In this document: positions 39,823 to 49,036 of the stretch, piece by piece
How positions within the stretch are numbered: the stretch's first letter is position 1
Layout of the letters: every line of letters begins with the position of its first letter
The notes under the pieces: model-generated
The model's input: the letters and a program-made list of their open reading frames with translations, nothing else
Told to the model about the DNA's origin: nothing
The model's database searches: none
Assembly (NCBI GenBank): GCA_949283575.1
Contig: CASDSU010000028.1
Coordinates: 128,849 to 192,848 of the forward strand
Length of the DNA stretch: 64,000 nt
DNA from: an uncultured Eubacteriales bacterium
GTDB lineage: Bacteria; Bacillota; Clostridia; TANB77; UBA1234
Reading direction: 5' to 3'
Program-made: the position numbers and the translations under genes

Positions 39823-39852
39823 GTGGGACGGTTCTCTCCGTCCCACTTGTCC
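39823..39852. terminator. bidirectional terminator
   Basis: GTGGGACGG-TTCTCT-CCGTCCCAC then TTGTCCATTTTT. Confidence 0.5.
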
Positions 39853-39856
39853 ATTT

Positions 39857-40417
39857 TTAGTTTTTCTTCACCGAAAATCCGAATCGACCTAGGTTTTCAC
39901 CTAAACCGTAGTATTGCCCGTGCGAATAGGTAATTAGTTCGCTTTCTTCCAAGCAAAATCTCCCATTCTCATCCATATATGCTTCATCAACATCTGTACA
40001 TAAAACTTTGGCAACTATCATGTGATGTGAACCTAATTCTTTAATTTCAACTACTTTGCATTCAATGTTTACAGGACTTTCTTTTATTAGTGGACACTCA
40101 ACTTCATTTGCATGTTCTTTAGTTAATTTTAAGACTTCAAATTTGTCAACCTCTTTTCCACTTCTAACACCTGAATAATCCGTTGCATACGCAAGTTTTT
40201 TGGTCGTTAAATTCACAACAAACTCGCCTTTTTCTTTTATCATGTTATATGAGTGACGCTCAGGTCTAACCGAAATGTATAACATTGCAGGATCCGTACA
40301 AATAGTACCAGTCCATGCAACTGTTATTATATTAGCATTATCAAAATCTCCACAAGTAACCATTACAGCTGGTAACGGATATAACATCGTGCCTGGTTTC
40401 CACTTTAATTTTCCCAT
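39857..40417 (-). CDS. flavin reductase-like (FMN-binding split barrel) protein
   Basis: LPAVMVTCGD...NIITVAWTGT signature; RBS AGGAGGAAG. Confidence 0.8.
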   Translation of the reverse strand: MGKLKWKPGTMLYPLPAVMVTCGDFDNANIITVAWTGTICTDPAMLYISVRPERHSYNMIKEKGEFVVNLTTKKLAYATDYSGVRSGKEVDKFEVLKLTKEHANEVECPLIKESPVNIECKVVEIKELGSHHMIVAKVLCTDVDEAYMDENGRFCLEESELITYSHGQYYGLGENLGRFGFSVKKN

Positions 40418-40462
40418 TCAACTTCCTCCTAGATGCACTTTTAATGGACGTCCACAAGGGCA

Positions 40463-40993
40463 TTATTCATAATGAGCTTTAAGCTCCTCATATTGATTTA
40501 CAATTTCTGTTCTTGTCAAATTTTCAAATTCTGAGTTGTCATTTTTTATCATTACTTCAAGTCCATTAACTATAATTTCACCAGAAGATTCATTTTTATA
40601 GTCTTCAACAAAAACATTACGTGCAAGCTCTGAATAAAATGAATATTTCGAATAACTCTCAACAATTTTCTCGCCATCGAATTTATATATAATGTCATAT
40701 AAACCAAACATCGATACCGTCATAGTATCTCCTTCTTCTTTGATATCTACAGGAATTACTTCTTCATTAAGATCTCCTGATGCAATAATTCCACTCTCAT
40801 TACCAATATTTGATTCATTTATATTTGAGCCACCATTATTAACGTCATTTGAACCTTCGTAACCCGTATTTTCCTGGTTTTGAATCACATTTTCATTATA
40901 ATCATTATTAATTACGTTTTTCTCTTTATCTCCGCATCCAACTAAAATTGTGCAAAGTGCTATTACCAAAATTAATATAGATATTCGTTTCAT
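40463..40993 (-). CDS. lipoprotein
   Basis: Lipobox LVGC after signal peptide MKRISILILVIALCTILVGC. Confidence 0.65.
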   Translation of the reverse strand: MKRISILILVIALCTILVGCGDKEKNVINNDYNENVIQNQENTGYEGSNDVNNGGSNINESNIGNESGIIASGDLNEEVIPVDIKEEGDTMTVSMFGLYDIIYKFDGEKIVESYSKYSFYSELARNVFVEDYKNESSGEIIVNGLEVMIKNDNSEFENLTRTEIVNQYEELKAHYE

Positions 40994-41050
40994 CGTTCAT
41001 ACCTCCATTTTTTATTCTACATATATAATATCTTAAAAAATTCTCATTTA

Positions 41051-41722
41051 CTACACATTATTGCGTTTTAATTTTTTCTTAGAAAACATCAATCCAAATC
41101 CAATTCCTAAAACTATAAACACCATCAAAATTACCCAATAAATAATACCAATGCCATTCTCATTTCCAAACCAACCATAAATATCAACATCAATGAACCA
41201 GTATGGATATCTTGATCCTCCAGTTAAAGTTGTATCGCTAATTTCAGCTCTAACAAGACAATATACTAAATAATATACAGGCGGAATTAACGTATATCCA
41301 ACATCTCTCATTTTTAACATTTCTTTATCATTCTCAATTAAAAAATCTATAATCATAAAAATCGGCGTAATAACATGAACTAATATACACGATGGTTCAA
41401 ACAAACTTTCAAGTTCCATGTACGGTGCAAGCATTCCCCAAAAAACAAGAAAAGTAAGGGTTATAGCTGTAGTAGTGACATATTTAAGAATTGCAATAGG
41501 ACGAGAAAATTTACTCGTTTTATTAACATCAGAAAATGAATAAAATAACAAAATAACTTCCGTTATCAAAACCAAAATATTACTTTGAAGAGTATAAAAA
41601 TTTAACGCAGTTCCATTCCCCATAAATGCATCCGAATTTGTCTTCACAATATTGGTGTAAATCCCAATCGCACACACAATTATAAAAAATATTCTCGCTA
41701 TAAATTTCAAATACTTTTTCAC
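41051..41722 (-). CDS. polytopic membrane protein (hypothetical); GTG start
   Basis: Six hydrophobic helices; RBS ACGAGGTGATAG before GTG. Confidence 0.5.
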   Translation of the reverse strand: MKKYLKFIARIFFIIVCAIGIYTNIVKTNSDAFMGNGTALNFYTLQSNILVLITEVILLFYSFSDVNKTSKFSRPIAILKYVTTTAITLTFLVFWGMLAPYMELESLFEPSCILVHVITPIFMIIDFLIENDKEMLKMRDVGYTLIPPVYYLVYCLVRAEISDTTLTGGSRYPYWFIDVDIYGWFGNENGIGIIYWVILMVFIVLGIGFGLMFSKKKLKRNNV

Positions 41723-41726
41723 ACTA

Positions 41727-42761
41727 TCACCTCGTTATAATTTGATTTAATTTTCCTTCTCCATCCGAATATTCAAATTCTGCGAAAGCACCATTTATAA
41801 TAGTCCATTGAGGTGCAACATGGCCAAAATCAACATCATAAATTACTGGTACTTTTAAGTCATCCAAAATATCATGCAATGCATCTTCATATGTAAAATC
41901 ACCAATGTCTGCTCTCGAATTTGTTCTTCCAAAAATAAATCCTTTTGCGTTTTCAAACCAACCAGCCATCTTCATTTGCCATAAAGTTCTCTTTATATCA
42001 GTAATTGGCATCTCACAATTTTCAAGATACCAAACCATACCTTCTTCAAAAGAATTACAGAAATTCTTAGTGTTATCAAATGGTGTTCCAAGAAGTACTT
42101 TCAAAACATCCACACATCCCCCAATAATTCTACCAGAAAAACTAGCATCTCCTTCATACAAATTCTTATACACAACTTTCTCAGTTAAATTGTATGGATT
42201 GCATTCTGCACCAGGACTTCTATCACGTTCTTTTTCAAAAAAATGATAATTATTTTGCATAAAATCTGATGGATTTTGAACAAAATCAACAGGAGTTTTT
42301 AACGATTTATCCCAAGGAATCATAGCAAAACTCGAAAAAGAATTTGCATGAATCGTCGCAATATTATAATTCGTAGTTAAATAAAAATTTAACAAACTAA
42401 CATCTGAAAAACCTTGAATCCATTTCGGTTTTGCATTCAAAATCTTCTCTTTATTTTCATGTAAAAATGGAATTGTTTCCATCAAAAATTCTCCACCACA
42501 AGCGATAATTATGTATGGAATATCTTCTCGCTCTATAAGTTCCAAAAATTGACTCGCTCTATCTAAGGCACTAGAACTAGCTAACTTTTTATCTAATTTT
42601 ACATTGCTAGTTTCTACAATTTGAAAACCTTTGTTAATAAAATTTTTTCTCGCATTTTCTAATTTAATTTTTCCTCTGTCATCACCAAGACCAGAAGACA
42701 TTGCTGTAACACCAATGTTAGCACCTATTTCAACTTTAGCCGGATATATAATTTTAGCCAT
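41727..42761 (-). CDS. LD-carboxypeptidase (peptidase S66, MccF-like)
   Basis: Start at MAKIIY with RBS AAGGAAGGAG; S66 architecture and conserved blocks (GVTAMSSG, ACGGEF, catalytic Ser/His/Glu regions). Confidence 0.7.
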   Translation of the reverse strand: MAKIIYPAKVEIGANIGVTAMSSGLGDDRGKIKLENARKNFINKGFQIVETSNVKLDKKLASSSALDRASQFLELIEREDIPYIIIACGGEFLMETIPFLHENKEKILNAKPKWIQGFSDVSLLNFYLTTNYNIATIHANSFSSFAMIPWDKSLKTPVDFVQNPSDFMQNNYHFFEKERDRSPGAECNPYNLTEKVVYKNLYEGDASFSGRIIGGCVDVLKVLLGTPFDNTKNFCNSFEEGMVWYLENCEMPITDIKRTLWQMKMAGWFENAKGFIFGRTNSRADIGDFTYEDALHDILDDLKVPVIYDVDFGHVAPQWTIINGAFAEFEYSDGEGKLNQIITR

Positions 42762-42840
42762 ATTATTCTCCTTCCTTTTAATCTTCAATATATTATATTT
42801 TTTCCAAACTTTTATAAAAATATATCACAAAAAAGCATAA

Positions 42841-43224
42841 AAAAAAAGCTTGCAAGAACTGCAAGCTTCATCTCCAAATTCCCTTTCGGAATTGCCACGC
42901 GTTAGGCCGCGTGGCCAGCCTCTCGCAACTCCCCTTCTACCAAGGTCCCCCGAAGGGGACCTCGGCAGAAGAGAGAGAAGCAAGAAGCAAATCAAACAAA
43001 TATTATTTTATTTTGTATATACATTTTTTGTTTTCAAACAATATTTGTTTGATTTTTGGAGATTCTTCGTATGCTGATCTGCAGCTCAACATACGAAGAT
43101 TGAATTCAGCGCTGAATTATTTCTTGATCCGACATTACTGTCATTTCAAGAAATGGTCGATTTGGTTAACGTTGTGACTAGCCCTAACTCACATTTCTGT
43201 GAGGATTGACTACCTTACCAGTCG
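42841..43224 (-). other. GC-rich, hairpin-dense 3' region of the acidic-protein gene, ending in a terminator (hairpin 42846-42868 plus U7 on the minus strand)
   Basis: Six stem-loops: AAGCTTGC/GCAAGCTT, CCACGCG/CGCGTGG, GGTCCCC-CGAA-GGGGACC, TCAAACAA/TTGTTTGA, CTTCGTATG/CATACGAAG, AATTCAGC/GCTGAATT. Confidence 0.4.
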
Positions 43225-45330
43225 TTAAGTGGGAGAACCAAGATCGATGACGTCTTCAGTCTCAACAGACGGAGCGCCAAGATCAACGGTCTCTTCAACA
43301 ACAGGAGCAGGCTGCTCTTCTACCACAGGGGCAGAAGCTTCAACCTTTTCCTCAGCAGGAGCACGCTCCTCGCTGTGGTCGGAATCTTCCTGCACAGCAG
43401 GCTGTTCCTCCACAGCGGGCTCTTCGGTAGGAACACGCTCGCCATTATGGGCGGTCTCGTCTTCCACAGGAGCCTGCTCTTCGACGGTTTCCTCAACCAC
43501 GGGAGCGCCAAGGTCAATCACGTCCTCGGTAACAACCTCAGGCTGTTCTTCAGTAACCTCTTCGACCACAGGCTGCTCTTCGACGGTTTCCTCAACCACG
43601 GGAGCGCCAAGGTCAATCACGTCCTCGGTAACAACCTCAGGCTGTTCTTCGGTAACCTCTTCGACCACAGGCTGCTCTTCGACGGTTTCCTCAACCACGG
43701 GAGCGCCAAGGTCAATCACGTCTTCGGTAACAACCTCAGGCTGTTCTTCAGTAACTTCTTCGACCACAGGCTGCTCTTCGACGGTTTCCTCAACCACGGG
43801 AGCGCCAAGGTCAATCACGTCCTCGGTAACAACCTCAGGCTGCTCTTCAACCGGAGGCTGAGCCTCGGTTTCCACTTCGGGAGAACCGAGGTCAACAAGC
43901 TCTTCCTCATCCACGGGAGCCTGTTCTTCAACAGACTCAGGGATGCGCTCTTCGTTGTGCTCGGTATCCGGCTCAACGTCAGGCTGCTCTTCGGGCACGA
44001 TTTCCGGGGATCCAAGATCCACCATGTCGTCACTACCGGGGGCAGGCTGGTCGTCGGGGTTGCCAAGGTCAACGTCGTCGTCTTCCGGAGCGGGAGTACG
44101 CTCCGGATTGTGAGCGGGAGTCTGAGTAGCTTCCGGAGCCTGAGTCACTTCAGGAGTGCGCTCGGGTTCCGGAGTACGCTCGGGATTGTGAGCGGGAGTC
44201 TGAGTAGCTTCCGGAGTCTGAGTCACTTCAGGAGTGCGCTCGGGTTCCGGAGTGCGCACAGGGTTGTGACTGGTCTCAGGATCCGGAGTGCGCACAGGGT
44301 TGTGGCTGGTCTCCGGATCCGGAGTGGGAGTCGGAGTGGGAGTCGGAGTGGGAGTCGGAGTGGGAGTCGGAGTCGGAGTGGGAGTCGGAGTGGGAGTCGG
44401 AGTGGGAGTCGAAGTCGGGTCATCGCCAGAGGGAGGATTAGAAGGAACGTAATGACCACCACACCAGAACAGACCATACACCTTCACTTCTTCTCCATCT
44501 TCCGTCTCCTCCCAATAACAAGCCGCATCATCCAGAGCAGCCCACTCTTCGTCAGTCAGTTCTTCATGAATGATCATGCCGATGGCCTTAGCACCATTCA
44601 GCAGACCACCACACTGGTCACAAGTTTCCACACGAGTTTCCTCGTCAGGAATACGCTCGGTGTAGGGCAGATCCCACTCACCATTATCGTGACCAGGCGT
44701 GAGCGCAGCTTCTTCATCGGTGCAGCAGAAGACAGAAATCTTCTCGCCGTTAACCATGAAGTTGACCGGCTCGTTGGTGTGGTCGTGATTCAGAGTCCCC
44801 TCTTCTTCACAATTATTCATGAAGTTAACCGGGAACACTTCGTCACCCTTGTGAGGCACATTGTAAGCACCGAACTCGTTCACCCGCGCAAGGCGATTGA
44901 ACAGGAATCGGCACATAATCTCAGTGCCATCTTCGCGAACGATGATGTCGTTATCTTCCACAACTTCAGTTGCGTCATCAACGTTCTCTTCGGTCGCGCC
45001 AGAAGTGACGGTCTCTTCCTCATCGGAATCACCAGTCTCTTCGGGGGCAGGAGTTGCCGGAGCGGGAGTAACCGGAACATCCGTCACCTCAGGGGTGGCA
45101 GTAACTTCCGCACTCTGCTCGCCGGCAGTGTTCTTAGCAAACAAGTTGGAGAACCAGTTGGAAACATTGTTCCAGACATTGGTTGCCTTATCGGCCAGAT
45201 CAGTTACAACAGACTCGACGTTGCTCTTCGCAGCGTCATAACCATTGGTTCTGACATCGCCAACAAAACGCGCTCCAACGAGCACGAGGGCGATCACGAG
45301 AACCAGAAGCAGAGACTTCCAAATCTTCAT
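43225..45330 (-). CDS. membrane-anchored hyper-acidic repeat protein (Cys-containing domain, (TP)n linker, 4 x 33-aa E/V/P-rich repeats); 56-58% GC, foreign
   Basis: Start MKIWKSLLLVLVIALVLV with perfect RBS AAAGGAGAA. In-frame 99-bp tandem repeats and 12-nt (GGAGTGGGAGTC)n coding (TP)n. GC about 57% against about 30% background. Confidence 0.7.
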   Translation of the reverse strand: MKIWKSLLLVLVIALVLVGARFVGDVRTNGYDAAKSNVESVVTDLADKATNVWNNVSNWFSNLFAKNTAGEQSAEVTATPEVTDVPVTPAPATPAPEETGDSDEEETVTSGATEENVDDATEVVEDNDIIVREDGTEIMCRFLFNRLARVNEFGAYNVPHKGDEVFPVNFMNNCEEEGTLNHDHTNEPVNFMVNGEKISVFCCTDEEAALTPGHDNGEWDLPYTERIPDEETRVETCDQCGGLLNGAKAIGMIIHEELTDEEWAALDDAACYWEETEDGEEVKVYGLFWCGGHYVPSNPPSGDDPTSTPTPTPTPTPTPTPTPTPTPTPTPTPTPTPDPETSHNPVRTPDPETSHNPVRTPEPERTPEVTQTPEATQTPAHNPERTPEPERTPEVTQAPEATQTPAHNPERTPAPEDDDVDLGNPDDQPAPGSDDMVDLGSPEIVPEEQPDVEPDTEHNEERIPESVEEQAPVDEEELVDLGSPEVETEAQPPVEEQPEVVTEDVIDLGAPVVEETVEEQPVVEEVTEEQPEVVTEDVIDLGAPVVEETVEEQPVVEEVTEEQPEVVTEDVIDLGAPVVEETVEEQPVVEEVTEEQPEVVTEDVIDLGAPVVEETVEEQAPVEDETAHNGERVPTEEPAVEEQPAVQEDSDHSEERAPAEEKVEASAPVVEEQPAPVVEETVDLGAPSVETEDVIDLGSPT
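43483..43860. repeat. about 3.8 tandem copies of a 99-bp coding repeat
   Basis: Unit ACGGTTTCCTCAACCACGGGAGCGCCAAGGTCAATCACGTC.TCGGTAACAACCTCAGGCTGTTCTTC.GTAAC.TCTTCGACCACAGGCTGCTCTTCG recurs at 43483, 43582, 43681, 43780. Confidence 0.85.
44323..44412. repeat. microsatellite (GGAGTGGGAGTC)n encoding (TP)n
   Basis: Direct reading of the sequence. Confidence 0.85.
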
Positions 45331-45750
45331 GTTATTCTTCTCCTTTTCTTCATCTTCATAGGGGACCAGGGACATTGGGTGTCTTGCGACGTTCAACTTT
45401 CAGTGATTTCTCACCTCCTTGTACGTCACGGTCGGTCGTTACGGTGCTCTGCAGTTACTATATGTCAATCGTTATGTCTTCTATCCGTCGATAAAAAACA
45501 AACGAGAATTTTCCAGGGACCATCTCGATGAAACATAAACAGGCATTCAATTACAGATACATTTTACCACAAAACTGTCAATTTTTCAATAGTTTTACAT
45601 AATAAGTAACATAAGCCATACTTATTATCTTTTGTAAAAATATGTAAATTTTTTCTTTTAGATATTCCCCCCATTTTTATCTTCAATATACTTATTTTGT
45701 TTGATTTTTACAGATACTATTTATATAATGTTTCTAGGAGGTTGATTAAC

Positions 45751-46866
45751 ATGATTATTTTGCATTGCACATTACAAACAACATGGGACAAAGAGTCTAG
45801 AACAGATACTTTCGGTGCAACCGATATAGAAAGTACAGGCTCTATCACTTGCATAAGACCAGATAAAGTAAATAGCGAAAACTTTTCTTTTCCAACAACA
45901 ATGAATCATCTTGTTCTTTGCATAAATACAGATGCGCTAGATCAAGATTCATTAAGATACGAAGGAGATTATATATATATTTCAAAGCCAATTGTGCCAA
46001 CCGCAATTGTTGCTACTATTCCATACACTTATGATGCTGACGATAAATTTGCTAAAAGTAGCGAGCTTATTGACATTGAAATTGTGAATGAAGTGCTTGA
46101 AAAACTTAATCTTTCGTTTATAAATTTCAAATATTTTAGAGATGGAACTAGTAGCCGAATTTTCTTATTAAACGGCCAATACGTTGTAAAACAAAACCTT
46201 CAAAGTCTATTAAAAAGTGAAGTTGAGTTTTATGAGATGTATAAGGATGTAAAGAAACTTCAAAAAGTTGTATTATCATCTGATGAAAACAAATATATTG
46301 TTTACGAATTTATTCCAGGCGATGTAATGCATACAGTTGACGACTTTGATGATGTTATGGCTAATATTAAAGAAATTATAAATTCGTATAAGGATTATGA
46401 AAAAGACGAATTTGGATACATTTATAAGCCTTCTACATCTTGGATTGAGTTCTTAAAATCAGAGGTACATGAAGAAAGTTTGAAGTTTTCGGATTCATTC
46501 GACTTTTTGCCTCATGTTTATGAAGCAATAGCTACTCTTGAGAAATTTACTTTCAAAAAGAAGTTGATTCATGGCGATTTTGGAACGCATAATTTTATAA
46601 AAAAAGATAGAAAATTTGTAGCAGCTATAGATCCAATTCCAGTAGCAGGCGATCCGCTTTATGATTTCTTGTATGCTTGCTTAAGTAACCTAGATATCGT
46701 AAAGCATTTATCTGTAGATTACTTAGCTGAGGAAACTGGCGAACCAGAAGAAAAAGTTAAAGCAATGCTTATAATAATGCTATTTTTCAGACTTTCAGTT
46801 TGCTTAAGACATCACAAAGAAGATTTTGATTCTTACGTCGATTTTTGGTATGACATTATAGCTTAA
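45751..46866 (+). CDS. fusion protein: N-terminal DUF952-like domain plus C-terminal aminoglycoside-phosphotransferase-like kinase domain
   Basis: Start MIILHCT with RBS AGGAGGTTGA; C-terminal Brenner motif LIHGDFGTHNF and AAIDPIPVAGDPLYDF. Confidence 0.6.
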   Translation: MIILHCTLQTTWDKESRTDTFGATDIESTGSITCIRPDKVNSENFSFPTTMNHLVLCINTDALDQDSLRYEGDYIYISKPIVPTAIVATIPYTYDADDKFAKSSELIDIEIVNEVLEKLNLSFINFKYFRDGTSSRIFLLNGQYVVKQNLQSLLKSEVEFYEMYKDVKKLQKVVLSSDENKYIVYEFIPGDVMHTVDDFDDVMANIKEIINSYKDYEKDEFGYIYKPSTSWIEFLKSEVHEESLKFSDSFDFLPHVYEAIATLEKFTFKKKLIHGDFGTHNFIKKDRKFVAAIDPIPVAGDPLYDFLYACLSNLDIVKHLSVDYLAEETGEPEEKVKAMLIIMLFFRLSVCLRHHKEDFDSYVDFWYDIIA

Positions 46867-46882
46867 ATTTAGGAGGATTACA

Positions 46883-47425
46883 TTGAAAGAAAAATTTATT
46901 GAATTACTTAGAAGTACTAACAGAGAAGGTATTGAAAATCTTATTAACTTTTTAGAAAAAACAGATTTTTATACAGCGCCAGCTAGCACAAAATTCCACA
47001 ACTCATTCGAGGGCGGACTTTTAGCGCACAGCTTAAATGTGTACACTGCATTAAAACAATTAGTAGGCGACAAATGGTCAGAAGATACAATTATTATTGT
47101 TTCATTACTTCACGACCTTTGCAAAATAAACACATACAAAGTTGAATACAGAAACAAAAAAGACGAAACAGGCACTTGGGTAAAAGAACCATTCTATATA
47201 GTAGACGACCTAATGCCACTAGGCCACGGTGAAAAATCAGTAATGCTTATTTCCGAATTCATCAAGCTTACAAAAGAAGAACTTTACGCAATTCGTTGGC
47301 ATATGGGCGGTTTCGAACCAAAAGAAAATCACAACTACGTATCAAAAGCATACGAAAAATATGAACTTGCCGTATTTGCCCACATGGCAGACATCATGGC
47401 AACATACATACTAGAAGAAAAATAA
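46883..47425 (+). CDS. HD-domain phosphohydrolase
   Basis: H...HD motif (LAHSLNV ... LLHDLCK); TTG start with RBS AGGAGGA. Confidence 0.7.
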   Translation: MKEKFIELLRSTNREGIENLINFLEKTDFYTAPASTKFHNSFEGGLLAHSLNVYTALKQLVGDKWSEDTIIIVSLLHDLCKINTYKVEYRNKKDETGTWVKEPFYIVDDLMPLGHGEKSVMLISEFIKLTKEELYAIRWHMGGFEPKENHNYVSKAYEKYELAVFAHMADIMATYILEEK

Positions 47426-47430
47426 AAAAC

Positions 47431-47467
47431 TTTTTTGGACAAGGGGACGGTTCTCTTGTCCATTTTT
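47431..47467. terminator. bidirectional terminator
   Basis: T6-GGACAAG-GGGACGGTTCT-CTTGTCC-ATTTTTT. Confidence 0.6.
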
Positions 47468-47513
47468 TCAACTCAAACTAGCAAGAGGGACGCCCCTTTT
47501 TGAGAATCTCTTG

Positions 47514-48881
47514 TTAAACAGTCAGCACTCCATTTGGTGTATCCACTATCATATATATTTTTTCTTCTTTGCCTGTTTCTACATTTATATAAACTATGAA
47601 ATCATTTTCTTCTACTTTACCTTTAAATTCGTAAGTTAAAATTTCACTTCTCCAATCTGTTGGAATTAGAGCAAGTCCTTCATAGTATATATCAAGGTTT
47701 GGATTTATTTTCTTTCTTGCTTCCTCCATGCTAACTTTTGGCACAGTGTACGTCCTCTTTGCATGAGATGAATAATAGCTTTGCGCTTCCATTCCCAATA
47801 TTGTTCCATCTTCTAATGAAACTTTAACTTTTATTAAATCTGGATAGCAAATAATGTTTCCATCTGAGTATGCAAAATTTATTGTAGCCATAGCATTTTC
47901 TGAAATATAGTACGTGTCTTGCATGTCAGAAATTCCATGCCCTTCTAAAAAGTTTCTTGCAGCTTCTTTAGCTTCATCAATTGTTATTTTTTCTTCTGTT
48001 ACAGTTTTGTTACTCATACACCATAACACTTCTCCTCCTTGTATTGTTACATCGACATACATTTTAGAATTGTCTTGTAATGTTACTTCAAATGAATATA
48101 CCGGAATTGTTGCCTCTGTTATTTCACTATAAACTATACTTTTAATTGCAGATTTATCAACAAACTCATATATTTTTTCAGTTGCTTGCTCCATCGTATA
48201 TTGCTCATCACTAAGTCCAAGTGGCTCTACACTTGTCATATGCTCTGAAAAAGGTCCATCATAAATTAAACCTTCATAATCTTGCATATTTTCTTCGATC
48301 GAACTAAAACTATCTTGTGACAAATTAGAAACTTCTTGTGCAAAAAATGAGTCTTGCTCTATCCTTGTAAGTTCCTCCCACGAAATACTTCCTGAAGCCA
48401 TATCCGTAATCAACTGATTTAAAGTTTGATTCATATTTTTGCATCTTTCATAATAATCTTTAATATTTCTAAATTCATCATCTGATAATGCTTTTCCATC
48501 AACAAGTCCCTGCGAAAGTGTATACGAATAATCACTAAGCTGATTTAAAAATTGAACGACTTTTTCAAGACTTATATGAGTTATTGGAATTTGCGAAAGA
48601 CTACTTTGCGCCAAATCTGCTTTACGCCATATGTCACCCAATGTTTTTGCTGCATAATCTGAAGAATTAGAAATTTGCACTTTTGCAAGTAAAGTTTCTG
48701 TATCGTCCATATATTCAACTAAATCATAAAACGACCTTGTATATGATGATTCCAACGTTTCTACAACTCTTGTATTTTCAAACTTTAGAAAAACACATAC
48801 TGCCAACAAAACCGCTGCAAGAATAAAGGCAAAAAAAGCAATTCCTCTTCCATCTACTTTTTTACTAAAAAAATTTGACAT
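47514..48881 (-). CDS. ypeB: germination protein YpeB (PepSY domains)
   Basis: N-terminal TM, conserved YpeB N-region (ETLESSYTRSFYDLV...GDIWRKADLAQSSLSQ), C-terminal PepSY repeats. Confidence 0.75.
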   Translation of the reverse strand: MSNFFSKKVDGRGIAFFAFILAAVLLAVCVFLKFENTRVVETLESSYTRSFYDLVEYMDDTETLLAKVQISNSSDYAAKTLGDIWRKADLAQSSLSQIPITHISLEKVVQFLNQLSDYSYTLSQGLVDGKALSDDEFRNIKDYYERCKNMNQTLNQLITDMASGSISWEELTRIEQDSFFAQEVSNLSQDSFSSIEENMQDYEGLIYDGPFSEHMTSVEPLGLSDEQYTMEQATEKIYEFVDKSAIKSIVYSEITEATIPVYSFEVTLQDNSKMYVDVTIQGGEVLWCMSNKTVTEEKITIDEAKEAARNFLEGHGISDMQDTYYISENAMATINFAYSDGNIICYPDLIKVKVSLEDGTILGMEAQSYYSSHAKRTYTVPKVSMEEARKKINPNLDIYYEGLALIPTDWRSEILTYEFKGKVEENDFIVYINVETGKEEKIYMIVDTPNGVLTV

Positions 48882-49036
48882 AATTCCTCCTATTAATTAC
48901 AAATATTCACTAGTATTTTTAACCCGATTTTTGATTAATATACAATTTTTTGGAAATTGAAACGGTTCTAATTCTCAAAAATGTGTTATAATAAGAATGC
49001 AGGGCCACCTGCAGACATCAAACTTATGGAGGTTTT

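Noticed and set aside
13345-43860. Possible CRISPR arrays (11-bp tandem repeats; 99-bp tandem repeats)
   Set aside because: There are no unique spacers between repeats. The 11-bp units are too short and the 99-bp units are in-frame coding repeats. No cas genes are present.
43229-45531. Two long + strand ORFs (210 and 718 aa) across the GC-rich island
   Set aside because: Antisense to the acidic repeat gene. Only the minus-strand frame has a perfect RBS plus signal anchor and in-frame 99-bp repeats that make sense as protein. The + strand products are G/S/R low-complexity.
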